Shown: piece after piece, positions 51,785-61,900 of the stretch | Layout of the letters: the number at the start of each line of letters is the position of its first letter | How positions within the stretch are numbered: position 1 is the first letter of the stretch | Assembly (NCBI GenBank): GCA_050331735.1 | Contig: JBHJGN010000004.1 | Span: forward strand, 141,986 to 205,985 | From: Cyanophyceae cyanobacterium | GTDB lineage: Bacteria; Cyanobacteriota; Cyanobacteriia; Cyanobacteriales; JBHJGN01 | Reading direction: 5' to 3' | Length of the DNA: 64,000 nt | The notes under the pieces: model-generated | Seen by the model: the letters and a program-made list of their open reading frames with translations, nothing else | Database searches by the model: none | What the model was told of the DNA's origin: nothing | Program-made: the position numbers and the translations under genes

Positions 51785-52099
51785 GGCTGTTTGCTAGCTG
51801 GGCTTTTTCTACAAAAAAGAGCTTAACTGTTAAGTGATAAAGACAAGATTTTAAGAGTAAGACTATGATTTGTTAATGCAGTAGCACAATAGCTGAAACT
51901 TGTTTGTCCCTTATAGGACATAAGTAAATCAAATTAATTAGAAGAGGGGCAAGAGGAAAGAGAGAATGAAACCCGACTAATACCGCTTCCTGTCAGCTTC
52001 GGGTTTTCTGTTTATTTACGCCTACCTACTTAGCTGATTTGGTCTTGAAGTGCTTTTCTGCATTGGTAATAATTTTGTAGATGAAGTAAAGACGGGAAA

Positions 52100-52480
52100 A
52101 TGGAAAAAACAGGCAAAGAACTATTTGAATTTTTAGTGGGAAACTGGAAAACCACTAATGAATACGGCACGAGCTTAATTTGTCTCTCAGAGAATGAAAC
52201 CTTTGAGACTTCTATGACAACAGATGGTGCCGTGATGCGGGTTGCCAAAGCGGTAACGGATCTGATGGGATTCCGTTTTCAGGGACGCTGGCGCGTGAGT
52301 AACAATTTAGTCATTATTGAGCTAGACAATTCGTCAGCAGGCATGCTTGCGCCACTCCTTGCCGTTAGAAAGGCGTTTTATGGTGATATTTCCAGACAAT
52401 CTGTAAAAATTATGGCAACAAACAGGGTTGCTCTGAAAAATCTAGAATCGGGGCAAGAGTACATCTATGAAAGAATTTAG
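52100..52480 (+). CDS. Hypothetical protein, possible lipocalin-like beta-barrel
   Basis: 126-aa ORF with LVGNWKT...FQGRWRV...YIYERI pattern in an AT-rich segment. Confidence 0.6.
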   Translation: MEKTGKELFEFLVGNWKTTNEYGTSLICLSENETFETSMTTDGAVMRVAKAVTDLMGFRFQGRWRVSNNLVIIELDNSSAGMLAPLLAVRKAFYGDISRQSVKIMATNRVALKNLESGQEYIYERI

Positions 52481-52942
52481 CAGTATTTAAGTTTTTGCCA
52501 GCAAATTCTAAATATTTTGCAAAATTAGCGGCTCATTTATTTTAATAAAGTCATTTTTTTAAATAACTAGAATTTCATAGTTGATTGTGACTATTGATAG
52601 TTACCGTCTTGGTCCTATATGTACGGTAGTCAACTAACTAATCTCGGAGAGGGTAGTACTATCAATGAAGTTTCCAGCAAAATAATTCATCAAAACCAAT
52701 AATAGGATCAGGGAAACCCAGCTAACGCGAGGATGAATCTTTTGATACAAACCTGATTCATCCTGCTAATTTATGATGCCCATTTTTATCCACTTTAAAT
52801 TGATAGAAGAATCAATATCAAGAATATCTGAATCCAGCGAATAGGCAGCAAATCAAAAATTCTGTTGCTTAAATAACTCTAGTCTAAAAGAACGATTGGA
52901 TGAAGAGAAAAGGCAGTAAAGAGCAAGCCTAATTAGCAAAAC

Positions 52943-55900
52943 ATGAATAATGCTGACGCGGACGAAAGACCTAATTCAACTTTTGTAGAGCTGCTAGCCT
53001 ATAGAGCGCAGTACAAGACTAACCAAACCGCTTACGTCTTCTTGGCGGACGGAGAAGCTGAAACAGCACGTCTGAGTTACGGCGAGTTAGACCGACAAGC
53101 GCGGGCGATCGCCGCTGAGCTACACACAATTTGCCAACCCGGTGAGCGAGCGCTGTTGCTGTACCCATCAGGATTAGAGTTTATCGCCGCTTTGTTTGGC
53201 TGTCTGTACGCTGGAGTCATGGCCGTGCCAGCAGCGGTTCCCCGTCGTCATTTCTTCACCAGGTGGCAGGCGATCGCCGCCGATGCCGAAGCCACAGTGG
53301 TCCTGACAACAGCAGCAGTAGAGGCGAAGCTACGCCAACAGATAGAGGCCCAGGGGCAGCAACATCGCTGGTTAGTGAGCGATCGCGCGGCCTCGTCATC
53401 ATGGGTGTATCCCGCTATTACCGGGGAGACTCGGGCGATTTTGCAGTATACCTCCGGCTCAACAGGTCAGCCGAAAGGAGTCATCGTCACTCATCGAAAT
53501 TTGCTGCACAACCAGCAGACCATTCAAGGGGCCTACGAGCATAGCGAAAACACTAGGATTGTTGGCTGGCTGCCTCTATTCCACGATATGGGACTGGTAG
53601 GCAATGTATTGCAGCCACTGTATCTTGGAATTCCCTGCTCGCTCATGCCGCCAACCGCGTTTCTCCAAAAGCCCTGGCGCTGGCTACAGGCGATCGCTCG
53701 CTACCGAGCCACCACCAGTGGCGGACCTAATTTTGCCTACGATTTGTGTGTCGAAAAAATTACGTCTCAACAGCGAGCGGAACTTGACCTCAGCAGTTGG
53801 CAAGTGGCCTTTAATGGCGCTGAACCCGTTCGCGCTCAGACATTAAAGCGATTTACCGAAACATTTAAGCCTTGTGGCTTTCGTCCGCACGCATTTTACC
53901 CCTGCTACGGCATGGCGGAGGCGACCCTATTGATTTCGGGAGGACTGGTAACGGAAAAGCCAGTTGTTTGTCAGGTTGAGCAGGCAGCATTGCAGAACAA
54001 CCAGGTTGAGATCTCTGATAACGATGCTAGAGAACTGGTGGGCTGCGGCAAAAGCTGGTTGGGTCAGCTCGTTATTGCTTGCCCCAAATCGTTAACGCCG
54101 CTGCGGGATGAACAAATTGGCGAAATTTGGGTAGCCAGTGAAAGTGTCGCCCAGGGGTACTGGCAGCGACCGCAGGAGACGCAACAAACATTTCAGGCTT
54201 ATTTATCGACTGGGGAAGGTCCGTTTCTGCGGACAGGCGATTTAGGCTTTTTGCGGGAAGGCGAGTTATTTGTGACCGGACGACTCAAGGATTTAATCAT
54301 TGTTCGCGGTCGTAACTATTACCCTCAAGATATTGAACTAACCGTAGGACAGAGCCATCCAGCACTGCGAGCGGGCTGCGGGGCAGCGTTCGCGGTCGAG
54401 ATCAACGGCGAAGAACGGCTTGCTGTGGCTCAGGAGGTAGCCAGAACCCATCGACGCAGGCTGAAGGTGGAGGAAACCATCGCTGCCATTAGAGAGGCCG
54501 TGTTTCAGGAACACGAGCTGGATGTTTATGCGGTGTTGCTGCTGGAAACGGGGAGCATTCCCAAAACCTCTAGCGGCAAGATCCAGCGCCGTGCCTGCCG
54601 CCAGCAATTCTTCACGAACAGCTTCGCAACTGTGGGAGCGAGTGGGTTATCAGACCAGGGGGAGCGATCGCTCCCCGACTCATCCACCAGGCCAGCGCTT
54701 GAAGCAAGGTTACGCGATCGCTGCGCTCAAATTACGGGAATTGCCGCCTCTAAAATTAATCCACACCGTCCGTTAACCTCTCTCGGACTCAATTCTCTCA
54801 AAGCGATAGAGATTAAAAACGTTGTTGAAGGCGAATTTAACTTCAGTTTACCCATCGAGTCATTTTGGGAAGACTTGAGCCTGACCGGATTAGCCGACCG
54901 GATTCAATCAGAATCTGCTGCCCCCATTCCTCCTGCTAGCTCAGCTTCGGCTCAACAGTCTTTTCCTCCAGCAGCTTCCTCCAACTCCAATATGGAGTTT
55001 AGCCTATTCTATTTTTCTAGCAACGAAGCAGATACCCAAAATAAATATCGGCTCCTCATCGAAGGAGCTAAATTTGCCGACCAAAACGGCTTGAGCGCGG
55101 TTTGGGTTCCAGAACGCCATTTTCATGCCTTCGGCGGTCTGTATCCCAATCCAGCGGTGCTGGGGGCAGCCCTAGCGATGGTCACTCAAAACATTCGCCT
55201 TCGGGCTGGCAGTGTGGTCCTGCCGCTGCATCATCCTGTCCTAGTGGCGGAGGAATGGTCAGTGGTTGATCACCTATCTCAAGGTCGCATCGATCTTGCT
55301 TTTGCCAGAGGTTGGAACCCAAATGATTTTGTGTTGTCGCCCTCAGCCTATAACAACGCGACCGAAGTCCTCTATTCAGGCATCGACACGATTAAAAAGC
55401 TCTGGCGCGGCGAAAGCTTTTTGCTGACCAATGGAGAGGGAAAACCGGCTCCTGTCCGCCTGTACCCTGCGCCCCATCAGCCAGAGCTACCGATTTGGCT
55501 AACGTGCAGCGGTGGCAAAGAACGGTTTGTTGAGGCTGGCACTCTGGGAGTCAACGTGCTGAGCGCGCTGCTCTTTCAGCCGCTTGAAGAATTAGCTGAA
55601 AAAATTGCTCTCTATCGTCAGGCTCGCCGCAGCCACGGACACGATCCGGGTCATGTCACCCTCATGCTACATACCTTCGTGGGCGAAGATCTTGCAGTTG
55701 TCCGCCGGAAGGTCGAAAAGCCTTTTAAAAACTATTTGAAATCTTCCGTGAATTTATGGCGACAGGGAGCCAGCAGTTTAGCAGATTTAAACGAACAAGA
55801 ACAAGAACACCTGCTCACCTACGCTTTCGAGCGTTATTTCCAAACTGCTTTATTCGGCACCCCCCAAAGCTGTCTATCCCTAGTCAATCAGCTCAAAGAG

Positions 55901-58900
55901 ATTGGGGTCAACGAAATTGCCTGTTTAATTGACTTTGGAGTAGAAGAAGATTCAGTGCTGTCTGCTCTCTATTCCCTCAAAAAGCTTAAGCAACTCAGTA
56001 ACACGGCAGCCGCAAGAAGTTCCGGCAGAACTTTAAGCAAAACAGCAGCCCCAACGTCGGGAGAAAGAAATCAATCGTCCCTTTCCCCTTTCCCCTTTTC
56101 CCGTTCCCCGTTCCGACAGGAACTATTTCCCCTCTCCTACGGACAGCAGGCTCTGTGGTTCCTCCACCAGTTGAACCCGGAAAGTGCCGCGTATAACACC
56201 GCTTTTTCCGTCCGCATGGGCGCTAACCTAGACGTTGGTGCTTGGCGCAAGGCGCTTCACGCTTTAGTTGCTCGCCATCCTAGCCTCCGAACTACTTTTA
56301 CCGAACGAGACGGACAGCCCCTTCAGGAAGTCCAGGAAACCGCTGCGGTTCCGTTTGAAACCAGCGATGCTCGCGGCTGGACCGAGGACAAGTTGAAACA
56401 GGAGGCGATCGCCGCTTATCAGCGCCCCTTTAATCTCGAACAGAGTCCGCCGCTGCGAGCGCATCTCTTTCTTGGTTCAGAGCAAAACATTTTTCTGCTA
56501 GTCATTCACCATATCGTGCGCGATGGCTGGTCGATGTTGATCCTCATCGACGAGTTACGACAGCTATACCGAAGCGAGCGAACGGGGCAAACGGCCACCT
56601 TACCTCCTCTAGAAAGTAGCTACCAAGACTATGTGAAGTGGCAAGGGGAACGACTCGCTTCAGATGAACGCTTGGGGAGTTACTGGCAGAAACAGTTAGC
56701 AGCTCTTCCCGTTCTCGATTTGCCAACCGAACGAGGGCCTCGCCAACAAACTAATCGCGGTGGGACTTACACGTTTAAGCTCACTCGCGGCCTCATTCAA
56801 CGACTGCAAGCGTTAGCTCAGGCAGAAAGAGCCACCCTGTTCATGACGCTGCTGGCCGCTTTTCAGGTTCTCCTACACCGCTATACCGGACAAGACGATA
56901 TTGTGGTTGGTTCGCCAACGGCAGGCAGAAAGGCGGACTTTAGCAGAACTGTGGGCTATTTTGTTAACCTAGTGGGATTACGAGCTAAATTCACGGGAAA
57001 GCTCGCCTTCAAGGCGTTTCTAGCTCAGGTGCGTCAGACTGTGTTAGAGGCGATCGCTCATCAAGATTACCCCTTCTCGTTACTCGTCGAACGCTTACAG
57101 CTTCAGGTCTCCTTTGTGCTCGTCGAGGCACCACCGCAGTTCAGCGAGGTGACAAAATTATTAGGACCGAACGAAGCCCAGGTAAACTGGGACGAATTAA
57201 CCCTTCAGCCCTTCGTGATTCCGCAAGAAGAAGGACAGTTCGACCTTAGCTTAGAAGTGGTAGCGGCGCACGATACCTGCATCCTTAAATACAGCAGTGA
57301 CTTTGCAGAAGCCACCATTGCTCGGATGGCAGGTCACTGGCAGACGTTACTAGAGGGCATTGTGGCCAATCCTGAGCAGCCCGTGTGCCAATTGCCCCTA
57401 CTAACGGAGGCAGAGCAACAGCAGCTAGCGAGGTGGAACGCGACCCAGGTTGAGTATCCCCAATCCCAATGCATCCACGAACGATTTGAAGAACAGGTGG
57501 AGCGCACTCCCGATGCCGTGGCGGTGGAGTGGGGCGACCAGCACCTCACCTATGGGGAGTTGAACGCCCGCGCCAATCACCTCGCTCATACCCTGCAAAG
57601 CATGGGCGTGGGATCGGAAGTTCTGGTGGGAATTTGCGTCGAGCGATCGCCGGAGCTGGTGGTGGGACTCTTAGCAATTCTCAAAGCAGGCGGCGCTTAT
57701 GTCCCCCTCGATCCGGCCTATCCCGAAGACCGCTTAGCGTTTATGCTGGCGGATGCTCAGGTGCGAGTCTTACTCACTCAACCAGAGTTAGTCGCGAAGC
57801 TACCGCAACAGCAGACAATTCTCTGTTTGCATGACGAGGATCAGACACGAACGGATAACCCGAATCGGGTCGTCAAGCCAGAAAATTTAGCCTATGTCGT
57901 CTACACCTCCGGCACAACAGGCCAACCGAAGGGAGTATTAGTTCCCCACTCTGGGCTACTCAATTTAGTGTTTTGGCATCAACGCACCTTTGCCGTTACC
58001 GCATCAGATAGAGCCACACAGCTAGCCGGAATTGCCTTTGATGCTTTGGGGTGGGAACTATGGCCCTACCTAACGGCGGGTGCAACAGTGTGTTTAGTAG
58101 AGCCGGAAGTGCTGCTTTCCCCTCCACAGCTACAAACTTGGCTAGTCAGTCAGCAAATAACGATGAGTTTTTTACCAACGCCTCTAGCAGAAAGGGTGTT
58201 GTCCTTAGAGTGGCCCGATTCTGTCTCTTTGAGACTGTTATTGACAGGTGGAGACACACTGCATTCCTATCCATCTGTTCCTTTCCCGGTGGTCAATAAC
58301 TATGGACCCACTGAAAATACGGTCGTGACCACTTCTGGAGCGATCGCCCCTCATCAAACCCTCTCTCCTCCCATCGGTCGCCCTATTGCCAACACCCAAG
58401 TTTACATCCTCGACCCGCAGCTTCAGCCCGTCCCAGTAGGCATCCCCGGAGAACTCTACATCGGTGGTGCTGGTTTAGCCCGTGGCTATCTCAATCGCCC
58501 CGAGTTAACGGCTGAGAAGTTTATTCCTAATCCGTTTCAAGAAGAGAGGAAGGAGGAAGAAACAGGTAAAAGTAAACATCCCTTTCCCCTTTCCCCTTTC
58601 CCCCTAACCCTCTACAAAACCGGAGACCTCGCTCGCTACCTCAGCGACGGCCACATCGAGTATCTCGGTCGCCGCGATCGCCAAGTCAAAATCCGTGGCT
58701 TTCGCATTGAGCTAGGGGAAATTGAAGCGGTGCTGGCGGCGTGTCCTCGGGTACAGCAGGCCGTCGTGATGGCTTGTGAAGCTCCTGGCTATCCGCGCCT
58801 CGTTGCCTATGTTGTTCCCCCCCAGGAGAAACCAACTGGTGCTGAACTACGAAACATCCTGCTTCAGCAGCTACCAGAATACATGGTTCCGTCAGCGTTT

Positions 58901-61900
58901 GTGCTCTTGGAGACCCTGCCTCTAACTCCCAACGGCAAGATCGACTATCGCGCTCTTCCTGCCTCAGAGCCAGCCCTCACGGACGCATCGACGACACCGC
59001 GCACCCCGACTCAAGCAGTCGTTGCGGCAATTTGGACCGAAGTGTTGGGCGTTGAAGTCGGCGATCACCACAACTTTTTTGAGTTAGGAGGGCATTCTCT
59101 GCTAGTAACGCAGGTGGTATCGCGGGTGCGGGAAGCTTTTGGGCTAGAGCTGCCAGTGCCAACTTTATTTACTGCGCCGACCTTAGAAGCGTTCAGCCAG
59201 CAGGTAGAATGCCTCCGCCAAGAAGGAGTAGGACACATTCCTCCCCTTGAACCTGTTCCCCGAGAGCAACCGCTGCCCCTGTCCTTTGCTCAGGAACGAC
59301 TGTGGTTTCTAGAACAGCTAGATGGAAGTGCGGTTTACAACGTGTCTGGGGCTTTACGACTGCGGGGTTCGCTGAACGTCGAGAGATTGCAGCAAGCGTT
59401 GGCCGCTATTGTAGAACGCCATGAAGTGCTGCGTACCTGTTTTCCGATGGACGAGGGAACGCCTGGACAGGTCATTTCAGATATTAAGCTGAGCGTGCCT
59501 CTTATCGATCTACAAGACAGCGCTACTGCTCAATCTGCCCAGGTGCAAAGGCTGAGCCAGCAAGAAGCACAAACCCCCTTCGACCTTGAAAAAGGTCCGC
59601 TGCTGCGAGTCAAGCTGCTGCGGCTAGAGCCATCTGAACATATTCTATTGGTCACTCTGCACCATATCGTCTGCGATGGCTGGTCTGTCAACATCCTCCT
59701 GCGCGAGCTGTCGGCGTTCTATCAATCCTCTACGATGGGGGCTTCTCTGCCAGAGCTGCCGATTCAGTACGCCGACTTTGCCGCCTGGCAGCGACGCTGG
59801 CTGCGGGGAGACATTTTAGACACCCAACTGGATTACTGGAGGAAACAGCTTGAAGGCGCACCCCCCCTATTGAAGCTGCCGACTGATCGAGTCCGTCCCC
59901 CAGTGCAGAGTTTCTCCGGTCGCAGCGAGACATTTGTGCTCGACTCAAAGTTAATCACTCAGCTCAAAGCGCTCTCGCAACAGTCGGGGACGACCCTATT
60001 TATGACTCTGCTGGCGGCGTTAGGGGTGCTGCTGTCTCGCTCTAGCCGCCAAGAAGATCTTGTCATCGGTACGCCCATTGCTAACCGAAACCAGCGGGAG
60101 CTGGAGCCGCTGATTGGCTTTTTTACTAACACCTTGGCTCTGCGTTTAGATGCGAGCAGCAACCCCAGCTTTACCGAGTTTTTGCAGCGAGTCCGGCAAG
60201 TCACTTTAGCCGCTTACACTCATCAAGATCTGCCCTTCGAGCAGTTGGTGGAGACGCTTCAGCCAGAACGATCCTTGAGCCATAGCCCTCTGTTTCAGGT
60301 GATGTTCGTCTTTGAAGATGTGGCCGAACTAGTTCTGCCGGGACTGGAGGGGAGCCTTTTAGCAACGGAAACCACCACCGCCAAGTTCGATCTCACTCTG
60401 GCCCTGCGGGAAACCGAGGCAGGATGGCAGGGGAGATGGGAGTATAGCGGTGACCTGTTCGAGGCAGCAACGATACGCCGCCTAAGCGGGCATTTTCAGA
60501 CGTTGCTGACGGGGATAGTGGCAAATCCTGAGCAATCCGTATCGCGGTTGCCGCTACTGACAGAGCCAGAACACCAGTTACTCGCCCAGTGGAATGCAAC
60601 TAGCGTCGAGTATCCTCCTCAATGCCTCCACGAGCTGTTTGAGGCCCAGGTAGCCAGGACTCCGGATGCAGTAGCGGTGGTGTTTGAAGAAACACGGCTG
60701 ACCTACCGAGAGTTAAACGAGCGCGCCAATCAACTGGCGCACCACCTGCAAACCTTGGGCGTGGGACCAGAAGGATTAGTAGGGATTTGTGCGGAGCGAT
60801 CGCCTCTGATGGTGATTGGGCTACTGGCCATTCTCAAAGCCGGGGGAGCCTATCTGCCCCTCGATCCGGGCTATCCGACCGAGCGCTTGGCGTTCATGCT
60901 GGCGGATGCCCAAGTCCAGGTGCTGCTTACCCAACAGAACTTGGTGGCAAAATTCCCCGAAGCGGTGCAGGTTGTCTACTTAGAGCAAGATCGGCAGGAA
61001 CCACCGAATAATCCGGTGAGCAGGACTACCCCCGATTCCCTAGCCTACGTTATCTATACGTCTGGCTCCACGGGCCAACCCAAAGGAGTGGCGATCGCCC
61101 ATCGCAGTCCGGTTGCCTTAGTGCAGTGGGCGCGAACCGTCTTTAGCGCCGCAGAAGCTGGAGTCTTAGCCTCAACCTCCCTCTGCTTCGATCTCTCGGT
61201 CTTTGAGCTATTTGTGCCCCTGTGTTGGGGAGGACGGGTGATTCTGGCCCTCGACGCTTTGCAGCTTCCCCACCTGAGCGCTGCCGATGAGGTGACTCTC
61301 GTTAATACCGTTCCCAGTGCGATCGCTGAATTACTTCGCGCCAAATCCATGCCACAAGGTGTAAAAAATGTCAATTTAGCTGGCGAAGCTCTCCACAATG
61401 ACCTCGTGCAGCAGCTCTATCAGCAGGGAATTGAAAAAGTTTATAACCTCTACGGTCCCACAGAAGACACAACTTACTCTACTTTTGCCTTGATTGAGCA
61501 AGGGACCGTTGGTGCTCCTTCCATCGGTCGCCCCATCGCCAACACCCAAGTTTACATCCTTGACCCGCAGCTTCAGCCCGTCCCCATCGGCATCCCCGGA
61601 GAACTCTACATTGGCGGTGCTGGTTTAGCCCGGGGCTATCTCAATCGCCCCGAGTTAACCACTGAAAAGTTTATTTCCCCCTCTTTGTTGGCAACCGGGA
61701 ACCGGACAGCAATAGACAACAGCGAAACCCCCAACCCCTTTTCCCTTTCCCCTTTCCCCCTGACCCTGTACCGGACTGGAGACCTCGCTCGCTACCGACC
61801 GGACGGCAACATCGAGTATCTCGGTCGCCTCGATCATCAGGTGAAGATCCGCGGCTTTCGCATTGAACTAGGGGAAATTGAAGCAGTGCTGGCGGAGTGT

